Source of the DNA: Bacteroidota bacterium
GTDB lineage: Bacteria; Bacteroidota; Ignavibacteria; Kapaibacteriales; HRBIN21
Assembly (NCBI GenBank): GCA_030550275.1
Contig: JAUQPR010000003.1
Location: forward strand, 69,571-133,570
Length of the DNA stretch: 64,000 nucleotides
Reading direction: 5' to 3'
Position numbers and translations under genes: made by a program. Shown one piece after another: positions 45,954 to 55,298 of the stretch (position 1 is the first letter of the stretch; each line of letters starts with the position of its first letter). Below the pieces are notes generated by a model. The model had not been told where the DNA came from. It was given only the letters and a program-made list of their open reading frames with translations, and searched no databases.

Positions 45954-46583
45954 TCAAGGATTGTTCAACGAGCGAGCAAATCGGCTGTAGCGCTCCTGCG
46001 GGAGATAGTCCAGCAGGCGCGCCCAGGAGAGCGCTTGCGGCAATCGCCCACCCTCCCCATGAATCAGGAAGCGCCCGTAGAGCAGCGCGCGCAGCTTCCC
46101 GTTGCGCGTAGTTTGGTCCCAGAGCACGTAGCCGCTGCCCGAGGGCAGACGCACGAACTCCAGCACCTGCGCGGGGTAGTCCTTCCCCGGCGCCTGGAGA
46201 TGGCGCTGCTCCTGCTGCAGCTCGGTGGGGACCTCCGCAAGGTCGCTCACGCTCAGCCAGAGGTAGCCTCTGTTGGAGAAGCGGAACTCCCGTGTTGCCG
46301 TGGTGATGGCGCCTTCGGGCTCGCGGACCCGGCGCCCGAAGGTTGCGGGGAAGACCTCTCGGACCTCCGGCAGCGTGGTTGGCAGAAGGGTTGCCAACGT
46401 CTCCGCGGGCACTGCCGAGAGCGCACCACCGGAGGGAACGGGTGCCGGAGCCGGCGTACCCGAGACCGGCGCTGCAGCCGCTGGTTGCTCTGCGGTGGGG
46501 GCAGCCGACCCCGGTGCCGGGCTCTCCGGACGCGCGCATCCCAGCAGGGCAGCGGTGCCGATGCAGAGGAGCCAGCGACTCAT
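45954..46583 (-). CDS. Lipoprotein of unknown function, encoded between the two transketolase subunit genes
   Basis: ATG 46583-46581 forms an ATGA overlap with the upstream subunit stop. Lipobox ALLGCARP. Pro/Ala-rich linker, then about 130 aa of globular sequence with no recognisable motif. Confidence 0.5.
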   Translation of the reverse strand: MSRWLLCIGTAALLGCARPESPAPGSAAPTAEQPAAAAPVSGTPAPAPVPSGGALSAVPAETLATLLPTTLPEVREVFPATFGRRVREPEGAITTATREFRFSNRGYLWLSVSDLAEVPTELQQEQRHLQAPGKDYPAQVLEFVRLPSGSGYVLWDQTTRNGKLRALLYGRFLIHGEGGRLPQALSWARLLDYLPQERYSRFARSLNNP

Positions 46584-47506
46584 GTTGCCTCGCTGGGTTC
46601 GACAACGGCGATGTAGGGGTCCTCCAGCTCCTGCAATGCCCGCAGTGCCTGTTCGGGTGTGGGAGGCTTCCCGTGCCAGCGGTAGTCGTCCTCCATGAAG
46701 GAGACGCCCTTGCCCATCTTCGTGTGGGCGATGATGACGGTCGGCTTGCCAATGCCACGGCGATGGTTCTCCAGGAACTGCTCAAAGCAGGCGGCGAGTT
46801 GGGCGTAGTCGTGTCCGTCGCACTCGAGCACCTCGAAGCCGAATGCCTCGAACTTCTTGTCCAGCGGGTAGATGCTCATGACGTCGCGGACCCGCCCGTC
46901 AATCTGGCAGTCGTTGTTGTCCACAATCCAGCACAGGTTATCCAGCCGGTAGTGTGCGGCAGCCATAGCGGCTTCCCAGACCGAGCCCTCCTGGAGCTCG
47001 CCATCGCCGGTGAGGGAGAAGACGCGCCGGTCGTTCTTGTCCAGCCACTTATCGCTGAGCGCCATGCCGACGGCGATGGAGATGCCCTGCCCCAGCGATG
47101 CGGTGGAGGTTTCGATGCCGGGCAAGCCCATATCGCGCCCAGGGTGCCCCTGGAGGCGGCTGCCGTACTTGCGTAGTGTGCGCAGCTCCTCGATGGGGAA
47201 GAATCCCGCCCGCGCCAAGGTCGAATACAGCACCGGACAGAGGTGCCCGGCGCTGAGCACATACCGATCGCGCCCAGGCCACCACGGCTCCTGCGGGCGA
47301 TAGCGCATGAAGCCACCGAAGAAGAGCACGGCGTGGATGTCGGCGGTGCCCAGTGGACCTCCGCTGTGCCCGGAGCCTGCCAGCACCAGCATTTTGATGA
47401 TGTCGCGCCGGATTTCACGGGCGATTTCGGCAAACTCGTGCGGCTGGCGTGGGCGATTCTCGTAGACGGTTGGGCTGAAGACGATGCGCAGGTTGTGCAC
47501 CTCCAT
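46580..47506 (-). CDS. Transketolase, N-terminal (TPP-binding) subunit of a split transketolase
   Basis: ORF 46580..48328 trimmed to ATG 47506 (MEVHNLRIVFSP). Everything upstream is low-complexity and antisense to nothing conserved. TPP motifs SGHSGGPLG and GDGELQEGSVWEA. Confidence 0.8.
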   Translation of the reverse strand: MEVHNLRIVFSPTVYENRPRQPHEFAEIAREIRRDIIKMLVLAGSGHSGGPLGTADIHAVLFFGGFMRYRPQEPWWPGRDRYVLSAGHLCPVLYSTLARAGFFPIEELRTLRKYGSRLQGHPGRDMGLPGIETSTASLGQGISIAVGMALSDKWLDKNDRRVFSLTGDGELQEGSVWEAAMAAAHYRLDNLCWIVDNNDCQIDGRVRDVMSIYPLDKKFEAFGFEVLECDGHDYAQLAACFEQFLENHRRGIGKPTVIIAHTKMGKGVSFMEDDYRWHGKPPTPEQALRALQELEDPYIAVVEPSEAT

Positions 47507-47635
47507 GGACGGTGCAGCAGTTGAGCAACTTGCAGTGTCACGCAAACTTACGAAAGCCCAGGCAGCGCGCCGGCTCAAGGGCTTGAAGCGGGGGCGTAAT
47601 TTTGTGCCGGTTACACTGTCGCTCTCTTGCGCCAA

Positions 47636-48982
47636 ATGAGCCATCCCTTTCTGCCCTTGACCGACGAGGACCGGCAGCAGATGCTCCGTCACATCGGGGT
47701 GGAGTCCATCGAGGAGCTCCTCGAAGCGATTCCGGAGCAGCTTCGCCTGCGCGAGCCGCTGCCTCTGCCGCCCCAGCTCTCGGAAGCCGAGACCTACGAG
47801 CTGCTCCGAGAGCTCGCCGCACGCAATGCCGGTGCGCATACGCACATCTGCTTCATGGGCGCGGGGGCGTACGACCATTACGTTCCCGCAGTGGTCAAGG
47901 CGTTGATTTCGCGCGGGGAGTTCCAGACCGCCTACACGCCCTATCAGGCTGAGGTCGCGCAGGGGACCCTGCAGAGCATCTACGAGTTCCAGTCCATGCT
48001 GTGCGAGCTCACAGGCATGGATGTTGCCAATGCCTCCCTCTACGATGCTGGCGGAGCGCTTGCCGAGGCGTGCTTCCTGGCATCCGCTGCCACCGGACGC
48101 AAGCGCATCATCGTTGCCGGAGAGGTGCACCCGCACTACCGGCGTGTGGCACAGACCGTGTGTGCTGGTCGGGGAATCTCCATCGAAAGCCTCATCGCCG
48201 AGGACGGGACCATCCCGTACGAAGAGCTCGAGGCGCAGGTTCGGGAGGATACGGCGGCGGTGGTCGTCCAGCAGCCGAATTTCTACGGCACGGTGGACGA
48301 TGTTGCCCCCGCTGGGGAGCTGGCACACCGTGTTGGGGCGCTCTTTGTGGTTGTGGTGGACCCGATCTCGCTGGGGCTGCTGCAGCCGCCGGGGGCATAC
48401 GGTGCGGATGTCGTCGTCGGAGAGGGGCAGCCTTTGGGCATCCCGCTGAGCCTGGGGGGACCGTACCTGGGGCTGTTTGCTGCGCGGCGGCAGTGGATTC
48501 GCCTTATGCCGGGGCGCATCGCCGGGGCAACGGAGGATGCAGAGGGGCGGCGTGGATTTGTACTGGTGCTGCAGACGCGGGAGCAGCAGATCAAGCGTGA
48601 GCGCGCGACCTCCAACATCTGCACCAACCAGGGCTTAATGATGCTTGCCGCGACCATCTACCTTGCCTGGGTGGGCAAGCAGGGGATTGGGGAGCTGGCG
48701 CGCCAGTGCCTGCAGCGTGCGCATTACCTTGCCGAGCGCATTGCAGAGTTGCCCGGGTACGAACTCCCCATTGGCAAGCCGTTCTTCCGTGAGTTTCTGG
48801 TGCGCACGCCGGTCGAACCGGAGGAGATTGTGCGGCGCGGGATCGAACACGGCTTCTTGGCGGGGGTGCCCACCCGACGGGTTGGGGCGCGCCTGCAGGG
48901 CTTGCTCATTGCCCTCACGGAGCGCCGCACGCGCGAGCAGATGGACGCATTCGTGGAGTTCCTTGCCCGGTGGGCTCGGTAG
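47636..48982 (+). CDS. gcvPA: Glycine dehydrogenase (decarboxylating) subunit 1
   Basis: The ORF track starts at a TTG (47627); ATG at 47636 (MSHPFLPLTDEDRQQMLRHIGV). Motifs TPYQAEVAQGTLQSIYEFQSM and ERATSNICTNQGL. Confidence 0.88.
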   Translation: MSHPFLPLTDEDRQQMLRHIGVESIEELLEAIPEQLRLREPLPLPPQLSEAETYELLRELAARNAGAHTHICFMGAGAYDHYVPAVVKALISRGEFQTAYTPYQAEVAQGTLQSIYEFQSMLCELTGMDVANASLYDAGGALAEACFLASAATGRKRIIVAGEVHPHYRRVAQTVCAGRGISIESLIAEDGTIPYEELEAQVREDTAAVVVQQPNFYGTVDDVAPAGELAHRVGALFVVVVDPISLGLLQPPGAYGADVVVGEGQPLGIPLSLGGPYLGLFAARRQWIRLMPGRIAGATEDAEGRRGFVLVLQTREQQIKRERATSNICTNQGLMMLAATIYLAWVGKQGIGELARQCLQRAHYLAERIAELPGYELPIGKPFFREFLVRTPVEPEEIVRRGIEHGFLAGVPTRRVGARLQGLLIALTERRTREQMDAFVEFLARWAR

Positions 48983-48985
48983 CTC

Positions 48986-49312
48986 ATGCCCTCTGCCGGC
49001 AAATTCCGGCGTTGGCGCCGGCGCTGGGTGCTGCTCGGCGCCGTGCTCGTAGCGCTGCTGTTTGCGCTCTTCTCGCGCTACGGGGTGCTCACACGCTGGA
49101 GAATCGAGCAGCGCTACCGGGCACAGCAGCAGCACTATGAGCGCCTGCAGGCGGAGGTGGACTCTCTGCGGCAGCTCCTCCATCGGCTGCGGACGCGTCC
49201 GGCAGTGGAGATCGAGCGCCTTGCGCGCGAACGCTACGGCATGGTGCGCCCTGGAGAGACGCTGTACGTGGTAAGCGAGAGCACAGCGGTGCTCGATGCT
49301 CGTGGGCGTTGA
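48986..49312 (+). CDS. ftsB: Septum formation initiator (FtsB/DivIC family)
   Basis: 108 aa. N-terminal TM (WVLLGAVLVALLFALF), coiled coil (QQQHYERLQAEVDSLRQLLHRL), and DivIC-type tail (IERLARERYGMVRPGETLY). Confidence 0.7.
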   Translation: MPSAGKFRRWRRRWVLLGAVLVALLFALFSRYGVLTRWRIEQRYRAQQQHYERLQAEVDSLRQLLHRLRTRPAVEIERLARERYGMVRPGETLYVVSESTAVLDARGR

Positions 49313-50237
49313 TATCGGTGCCAGCCGAACCAAGCTGGTGGTGCTGCCGCCCGGCGCGCAGCAGCCGGTGCATCAGCGGGTTGTGGAGACGCCGGTTGAG
49401 GCATCCCCGCAGGAGTTCCTTGCCTGGCTTGTCAGGGAGCTGCAGGCGCTGCACGTGGAGCACTTTGCCGGAGTGGGGATCGGTATTGCCGGTCTCGTCA
49501 ACCGAAGGGGTGAGCTGCTGCTTGCGCCCAATTTGCCACGACTGCGGAACTTCGCGCTGCAGCAGGGACTGCAGGAGCGGCTCCGCTGCCCGATCTTGCT
49601 GGACAACGATGCCAACGTTGCCGCATGGGCAGAGGCGCTGTACGGAGCCGCGCACGACGTAGAGAGCTTCCTCTACGTGACCCTGGGGACTGGGGTTGGC
49701 GGAGCGCTCGTTTTGGAACGGCGTTTGTGGCGCGGCGTGGATGGTACTGCCGGCGAGATCGGACACATGGTGGTGGACATCACAGCGACCGGCATTACGG
49801 GGCTGCCGCCGTACCGGATTGGGGTGCTCGAGGAGTACACCGGCATGAGTGCGCTGCTGCGCTGCGCTGCGTCGGTAGTGCGGCGGTATCCGCATTCGGA
49901 GCTCTTTGCACAGCCGGTTACGCTCGATGCGCTCGCGCGCGCCTACCACGCCGGCGATGAGGCTGCTCGAGAGTGCCTGGTGTGGTACGGCTGGGTGCTC
50001 GGTATTGGGATTGCCTCGGCGTTGGCGCTGCTGGGGCTCCAGGTGGTGGTGCTCGGCGGGGGGATCGTGGAAGCCTTCCCGCAGTTGCCGGAGCTGGTTG
50101 CGCGGGTTGTCCATGAACGGGCGCTTCCCCCGCTTGTTCCGACGGTCCAGGTCCGGAGAGCGCAGTTCGGAAGCTGGGCGGGGGCGCTGGGGGCGGCATG
50201 GCTGGTTGCGGAGTATGTCGGTTCAGCTCCATCGTAG
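49296..50237 (+). CDS. ROK-family sugar kinase (glucokinase-like)
   Basis: N-terminus MLVGVDIGASRTKLVV (ATP-binding beta-hairpin). ROK signature LDNDANVAAWAEALYGAA and GTGVGGALVLERRLWRGVDGTAGEIGH. Confidence 0.75.
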   Translation: MLVGVDIGASRTKLVVLPPGAQQPVHQRVVETPVEASPQEFLAWLVRELQALHVEHFAGVGIGIAGLVNRRGELLLAPNLPRLRNFALQQGLQERLRCPILLDNDANVAAWAEALYGAAHDVESFLYVTLGTGVGGALVLERRLWRGVDGTAGEIGHMVVDITATGITGLPPYRIGVLEEYTGMSALLRCAASVVRRYPHSELFAQPVTLDALARAYHAGDEAARECLVWYGWVLGIGIASALALLGLQVVVLGGGIVEAFPQLPELVARVVHERALPPLVPTVQVRRAQFGSWAGALGAAWLVAEYVGSAPS

Positions 50238-50239
50238 CA

Positions 50240-50623
50240 ATGCGCGAGAGCATTATTGCAGCGCAGGCTCCACAGCCGATCGGTCCGTACGTGCACGCTG
50301 TTGCCGTCAGCGGAACGTTGGTGTTCGTTTCCGGGCAGATCGGTATCACCGCAAGCGGGGAGCTCGTCGCTGCGGACGTGCGGGCGCAAACGCGGCAGGC
50401 GTTGGAGAACCTGCGGGCAATTTTGGAGGCGGCGGGCTCAGATCTGGGGCACGTGGTCAAGACAACGGTCTTCCTCCGCTCGATGCAGGACTTCGCCGCG
50501 ATGAATGAGGTCTACGCCGAGTTCTTCGGCGCTACTCCTCCGGCGCGAACGACGGTGGAGGTCTCCGCGCTTCCGCGCGGGGCGCTGGTGGAGATTGAAG
50601 CGATCGCCGTGCGCCCGCTATAG
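50240..50623 (+). CDS. ridA: RidA / YjgF / TdcF reactive-intermediate deaminase family protein
   Basis: ATG at 50240 (MRESIIAAQAPQPIGPYVHAV). C-terminal RidA signature PARTTVEVSALPRGALVEIEAIA. Confidence 0.8.
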   Translation: MRESIIAAQAPQPIGPYVHAVAVSGTLVFVSGQIGITASGELVAADVRAQTRQALENLRAILEAAGSDLGHVVKTTVFLRSMQDFAAMNEVYAEFFGATPPARTTVEVSALPRGALVEIEAIAVRPL

Positions 50624-52984
50624 CACGATGCACGGAAGGCTCCAGGAGCGCAGCCCGGTGCGGAGTCGGAGCTGGTAAAATCCCGGGGCAAGCTCGTGCG
50701 GCAAGCGGAAGGAGGCAAAGCCCTCGGCGCCGTGCACCAGCGCCTGCCAAATCCGGACACCGTGCACGGAGACCAGCTCCAGCAGCACTGTGCTGCTTTC
50801 CGGCTCTCCGAGCTCGAGGGTGGCGTATTCGCCGCGCCGGAGCGGGTGCGGCAGGAGCCGAGGCATCGGCTTCTCGGCGGCTTCCAGCACGGGGAGGGTT
50901 GTATCGCCGAACTCCCATATCCGGATTCGGGTCAGCCAAACGCCGTCGAAGCTCCCCGAAGCGTCGCTCAGCAACCGGAAGCGGAGCAGAAGCGGCTTCC
51001 CAGCAACGCCGGCGAGCACCGCCCGCTGCGGAATCCACAGCGGGAAGTTCCCATCGAAGCCGTAGCCGCTCTCCTGGCGGCTGGAAGCGATTCCGGAGGC
51101 AGGGCGCATGCGCTCGGTTCGGACGGGCTGCCAGCGTGCGCCACCATCGGTGGAGAACTCCACAACGGCGAAATCGAAGCGGGCTTCCACGCTCCAGCGT
51201 ATCCAGAACTCCAGGACCGCTGTGCTGCGGGGGGTGATAGTGACGGGCAGGCGCTGTTGCAGCACCAGAGTCGCCGAATCCGGATATGCCCCATCGGGGC
51301 TGTCGGTCAGTGCCCATTGCTCCACGGTGGAGTCGTACGCCAGCGCCCAGTCCCGGAGGTCCCAGTACACCGAGTCTGCGGGCTGCTCAAAGAGCGTGTG
51401 CACGACTGGGCGTCCTCCCCACAGAGAGAGCGTATCGCGGCGCAGGACGCCGTCCTGCTCCAGTTGCAGCTCCAGGTGCAGCGGTGCACCGTTGGGGCGT
51501 CCGGAGGCGTAGTGCAGCGACCACGTCCCCACAGTGCACTGCGCCGGTGGCAGTTCGGGGAGCTGGAGCGGGGAATTGCTCACCTGGACGAGGCTGTCCA
51601 GGCTGACGATACGCACGGCGGCACCGGCAGGGGCGGTTTGTGCCCCGAGATTGCACAGCTCCAGGCGCAGGGTTGGCGAAGGCTCCCACTGCAGCTCCCA
51701 TCGGAATGGGCGGAGATTGGCTCCCGCGCTCCAGGCGATCTGTCGGTTGAGCCAGAGGTTCTCCCGCGCGTGGGGAAGGATCCGTTCGGGCTCGGGCCAG
51801 AAGCCGTCCAGGAGCGAGCCGACCTCGGCGGTCATCGCAAGCGTCTTGGGTTTGCCGTCGCTTGTGTCGTACATCCAGTCGTCGGAGGCGCCGCGCACGG
51901 CATAGCCGACCGTTTCCCGGTCACGTCCGAACGAATACAGGCTGGGGCGCGAAGCCTCGGCACAGAGCAGGCGGTAGAGGAGCGAATCCGGCGTCTCCCG
52001 CGGCAGCGCCGCGTATGGGTAGATGAGGAACTCGCCGTAGGTGTGGTAGTTCAGCGCCGTGTGGAAGGGGAGGCTCAGGCAGAGGTCTCGGAGCGCCTGG
52101 GTCTCCGGCTCGGAGAAAGGGGCGGTTCCGCGGTAGGTGTCCGAGCGCGGGTTGGTTGAGGAGCCTCGGTTGGGGGAATCCCAGAAGTGCGGTGGACCGT
52201 AGTTGCGGTTGAGGTCTACGCCGTAGCTGCCATCGGGGTTGGGACGGCGGTTTTTGCGCCACATGCCGCCACCCTCTGGAGCGGTCTCTTCGTTGTAGGC
52301 GTAGCCGTCGGGATTGACTACCGGGACGACGTAAAGCAGCCGATTGCGCAGCAGGAAGAGCGCCTCCGGGTCGCCGCGCCGTGCTCCTTCCAGCAGCCAC
52401 CACAGGAAGTACACCAGCGTGGTCACGCCGCCAGGTTCGCGGGCATGGTGCAGAGCCGTGTAGAGAGCCGCCGGGACGGTGTCCGGGTTCGCCGCCAGGG
52501 TGAAGCGGTAGCCGTAGATGGGGCGCCCCTCGACGGAGTAGCCGATGATCTCCGGCTCGGAGACGGCTTCGGGGAGGAAGCGGCGCATGCGGTCGAATTC
52601 CTCGAAGATCTCGTGTAGCCGGTAGAAGCCGCCGAGTGTGCCCAAGCGGAAGTTGGCAGGGTCATCCGCTGTGGGCGTGGGGAGGGCTGCCCGACGAATC
52701 CGCTCCCTGTAGAAGGCGGCAAGGTCAGCGATGAGCGTATCCAGCCGAAGTCCCGACTGCTGCAGTTGTGCAACGCCGGAAGCCGGGAGCACCGCCGTCA
52801 GGCAATGGCTGCCAAGCCGGAGGCTATGCTCGTCGGCGCCAGCATCCCAGAGGAGCTGCCAGGGGAGCGAATCGCTCCAGCAGAGACGGACCAGCATGAA
52901 GGGCTCCGGTGGAGAGACCCTGAGCGGTTGCGCCAGCGCAGAGCCGGCGCACAGCAATGCCACGGTAGCGTTGCGGAGGCTCAT
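50618..52984 (-). CDS. Secreted M14 zinc carboxypeptidase with T9SS C-terminal sorting domain
   Basis: Signal MSLRNATVALLCAGSALAQ. M14 motifs (HAREPGGVTTLVYFLWWLL, NPDGYAYNE, VDLNRNYG, the YHTYGE region). C-terminal LLPHPLRRGEYATLEL..VLLELVSVHGVRIWQAL...LAPGFYQLRLRTG is a T9SS CTD. Confidence 0.8.
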   Translation of the reverse strand: MSLRNATVALLCAGSALAQPLRVSPPEPFMLVRLCWSDSLPWQLLWDAGADEHSLRLGSHCLTAVLPASGVAQLQQSGLRLDTLIADLAAFYRERIRRAALPTPTADDPANFRLGTLGGFYRLHEIFEEFDRMRRFLPEAVSEPEIIGYSVEGRPIYGYRFTLAANPDTVPAALYTALHHAREPGGVTTLVYFLWWLLEGARRGDPEALFLLRNRLLYVVPVVNPDGYAYNEETAPEGGGMWRKNRRPNPDGSYGVDLNRNYGPPHFWDSPNRGSSTNPRSDTYRGTAPFSEPETQALRDLCLSLPFHTALNYHTYGEFLIYPYAALPRETPDSLLYRLLCAEASRPSLYSFGRDRETVGYAVRGASDDWMYDTSDGKPKTLAMTAEVGSLLDGFWPEPERILPHARENLWLNRQIAWSAGANLRPFRWELQWEPSPTLRLELCNLGAQTAPAGAAVRIVSLDSLVQVSNSPLQLPELPPAQCTVGTWSLHYASGRPNGAPLHLELQLEQDGVLRRDTLSLWGGRPVVHTLFEQPADSVYWDLRDWALAYDSTVEQWALTDSPDGAYPDSATLVLQQRLPVTITPRSTAVLEFWIRWSVEARFDFAVVEFSTDGGARWQPVRTERMRPASGIASSRQESGYGFDGNFPLWIPQRAVLAGVAGKPLLLRFRLLSDASGSFDGVWLTRIRIWEFGDTTLPVLEAAEKPMPRLLPHPLRRGEYATLELGEPESSTVLLELVSVHGVRIWQALVHGAEGFASFRLPHELAPGFYQLRLRTGLRSWSLPCIVL

Positions 52985-53661
52985 GCAGAAGTGGCAGGTT
53001 GGGGAACGAATTCGCAGACGACCAGGCGCTTTTGGTTCTCCTCAAACCATGGGGCGCCGTAAAGGCGGATGTCGTGCACCGTAGAGCGCAGCGTTGGGAA
53101 GCGCGCGTGCGCCTCTTGCAGTTCGGCTTGGAGATCGCCGCCTTTGTATGCGACGAGCTTCCCTGTGGGTTTGAGCAGGGGCTCCGCCCATTGAAGCAGC
53201 GTCGGCAGCGGAGCCACGGCTCGTGCCAGCGCGATATCGAAGGCGGAGCGGTACTGTGGAGAGCTGCTCAGCTCTTCGATGCGGGCGCGCTTGACCTGCA
53301 GGTGGCGTAGCCCCGTGTGGGCGGCGAACATCGCAACCAGGCGTGCCTTTTTGGCGACGGACTCCACCAGCAGCATGTGGAGATCCGGGCGGGCGATTGC
53401 GATGGGGATGCCAGGGAGCCCAGCTCCGGTGCCGATGTCAACACAGCGGGCGCGCGGCGGGAATTCGACGTACTTGAGCGCGGCAAGCGAATGGAGGATG
53501 TGGCGCTCGTAGAGGTGCTCGATATCCTTGCGTGAAATCAGGTTGACGCGCTCGTTCCAGTACCGCAGCTCGCGCACGTAGCGCTCCAGGGCTTGCAGCT
53601 GCTCCGGCTCCAGCACGATGGAATTCGCAGCGCAGATGGTCCAGAATTCCGCTATCTCCAT
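52981..53661 (-). CDS. rsmG: 16S rRNA (guanine527-N7)-methyltransferase
   Basis: GidB family. SAM-binding DIGTGAGLPGIPIAI. N-terminal LEPEQLQALERYVRELRYWNERVNLIS. Confidence 0.85.
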   Translation of the reverse strand: MEIAEFWTICAANSIVLEPEQLQALERYVRELRYWNERVNLISRKDIEHLYERHILHSLAALKYVEFPPRARCVDIGTGAGLPGIPIAIARPDLHMLLVESVAKKARLVAMFAAHTGLRHLQVKRARIEELSSSPQYRSAFDIALARAVAPLPTLLQWAEPLLKPTGKLVAYKGGDLQAELQEAHARFPTLRSTVHDIRLYGAPWFEENQKRLVVCEFVPQPATSA

Positions 53662-53678
53662 GGGCGCAATCGTACGAA

Positions 53679-53706
53679 CGCAAAAGGGCTGGCGTTGTGC
53701 CAGCCC
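53679..53706 (-). terminator. Stem-loop with a T-run on the minus strand between fmdB and rsmG (candidate intrinsic terminator or attenuator)
   Basis: GGGCTGGC-gttgt-GCCAGCCC (53686-53706), an 8-bp perfect GC-rich stem, followed on the minus strand by TTTTG (plus-strand AAAA 53682-53685). Only about 20 nt remain before the rsmG ATG. Confidence 0.35.
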
Positions 53707-53730
53707 TGAGCCGATGTGTGCCAGACGGGT

Positions 53731-54036
53731 TTAGGCATTTTCGCAGGCGCCACCACAGGCGCATGCGGCGCTGGAGTTCGCTGCCGTGCTCGAGGATTCG
53801 GAGCGCTCTGCCGAGCTCTCGGAGCCGGATTTGCGGGCGTAGTCGGTGATGTAGAAGCCCGAGCCGTTGAAGATGAAGGCAACATTGCGGCTGAGCAACC
53901 GCTGGACTCGCCCGCTCCCTTTCGGCTCCTGCTGGCAAACCTCCTCAGGGCAGTACTCCAGCGCTGGTGCCGTGATGGGCTGCGTGTACTCGAATGTTGC
54001 TCCGCAGCGTTCGCAGCGATACTCGTAGATCGGCAT
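53731..54036 (-). CDS. FmdB-family zinc-ribbon regulatory protein
   Basis: MPIYEYRCERCGATFEY....CPEEVCQQE: the N-terminal CxxC...CxxC zinc-ribbon characteristic of FmdB, with a serine-rich C-terminal tail. Confidence 0.7.
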   Translation of the reverse strand: MPIYEYRCERCGATFEYTQPITAPALEYCPEEVCQQEPKGSGRVQRLLSRNVAFIFNGSGFYITDYARKSGSESSAERSESSSTAANSSAACACGGACENA

Positions 54037-54040
54037 GGCG

Positions 54041-55081
54041 CTACCCTCTTTGGTTGGACACCACAGCTCCGGAGAACTCCAGCACAGGAGCCTTCAGAAA
54101 CCCGACCCGCTCGTAGACGAGCTGCAGTGTATGTGCAGCGCGCTCCCGCGCCCTGCGGGCTCCCTCGGCAAGCAGGTTGTGCAGATGGTCCTCGGCTGCC
54201 CGCAGCCGAAGGTACTCCTCGCGGATGGGGCGGAGGAATTCGATGAGGGCTTCTGCCAGAGCGGCTTTGAAGGTGGCATACCCGGCGGAGCCGAACTCGG
54301 CTTCAATTTCGGGAATGCTCTTCCCCGTGGCGACGTGGTAGAGCACGATGAGGTTGGCAATGCCGGGGCGCTGCTCCTCGTAGCGGATCTCACGTCCGGA
54401 GTCCGTGACCGCTTTGCGGATCTTGCGCTGGATATCCTCCGGCGTGTCGGTCAGGAACAGGACGGCGTTCTCGTTGGGGTCGGATTTGGACATCTTCTTC
54501 GTCGGCTCCTGCAGGCTCATGATCTTGGCGCCGAGCGGAGGGATGTAGGGCTCGGGGATGCGGAAGGTCTCGCCGTAGTAGTAGTTGAAGCGCTCGGCGA
54601 GGTTGCGCGTGAGCTCTAAGTGCTGCTTCTGGTCGGCGCCCACGGGGACGAGATCGGCTTGGTAGAGCAGGATGTCCGCCGCCATCAGGATAGGGTAGGC
54701 GAACAAGCCCACGTTAACGTTGTGGCGGTGCTGGAGCGATTTCTCCTTGAACTGCGTCATGCGCTGGCATTCCCCCATGCCAGTCAGGCATGCCAGCACC
54801 CAGGTCAACTGCGTATGCTCTGGCACGTGTGATTGGACGAAGAGCACGCTTTGCTGCGGATCGATACCGCATGCCAGGTAGAGTGCCGCCGTATCCAGCG
54901 TGCGTTGGCGAAGCTGTTCGGGCTCTTGCCGCACCGTGATGGCGTGCAGGTCGGCAATCATGAAGTAGCATTCGTGGCTGTCCTGCAGGGCAACCCAGTT
55001 GCGGAGGGCGCCCGTGTAGTGCCCGATGGTCAGCTTCCCCGATGGCTGGATACCGCTGAGGATGACCGGACGCTGCGCCAT
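54041..55081 (-). CDS. trpS: Tryptophanyl-tRNA synthetase
   Basis: Class I motifs: HIGH-type (GIQPSGKLTIGHYTGAL) and KMSKS (KKMSKSDPN). 346 aa. Confidence 0.92.
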   Translation of the reverse strand: MAQRPVILSGIQPSGKLTIGHYTGALRNWVALQDSHECYFMIADLHAITVRQEPEQLRQRTLDTAALYLACGIDPQQSVLFVQSHVPEHTQLTWVLACLTGMGECQRMTQFKEKSLQHRHNVNVGLFAYPILMAADILLYQADLVPVGADQKQHLELTRNLAERFNYYYGETFRIPEPYIPPLGAKIMSLQEPTKKMSKSDPNENAVLFLTDTPEDIQRKIRKAVTDSGREIRYEEQRPGIANLIVLYHVATGKSIPEIEAEFGSAGYATFKAALAEALIEFLRPIREEYLRLRAAEDHLHNLLAEGARRARERAAHTLQLVYERVGFLKAPVLEFSGAVVSNQRG

Positions 55082-55182
55082 TGGTTCGCTGGGGTACGCA
55101 CGACGTGTGTGGAGTGCTGCTCACGCGTGTCCCTGCACAGCATGCTGCGGCAGGAGCGCACTGCCCTCGTGGCGCCTTGGTG

Positions 55183-55257
55183 TGGTCGCTGGTGGATTCG
55201 AACCACCGACCTTCCGCGTGTGAAACGGACGCTCTGGACCAGCTGAGCTAAGCGACC
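55183..55257 (-). tRNA. tRNA-Val (anticodon CAC); CCA not encoded
   Basis: The reverse complement folds as a cloverleaf: acceptor GGTCGCT/AGCGACC, D-arm GCTC..GAGC, anticodon stem TCCGT/GCGGA with loop TTCACAC, T-arm GGTGG-TTCGAAT-CCACC, discriminator A. The 3' flank is CAC, not CCA. Confidence 0.85.
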
Positions 55258-55298
55258 ACGCAGCGCAAAAATACAGCATTTCGCACTTCTCGAGGGCA

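Noticed and set aside
47507-47635. Glycine riboswitch upstream of gcvPA
   Set aside because: The 129-nt divergent spacer shows no GGAGAG...CACCG-type glycine aptamer core by eye, and gcvT/gcvH, the usual riboswitch-regulated genes, are absent. Not called.
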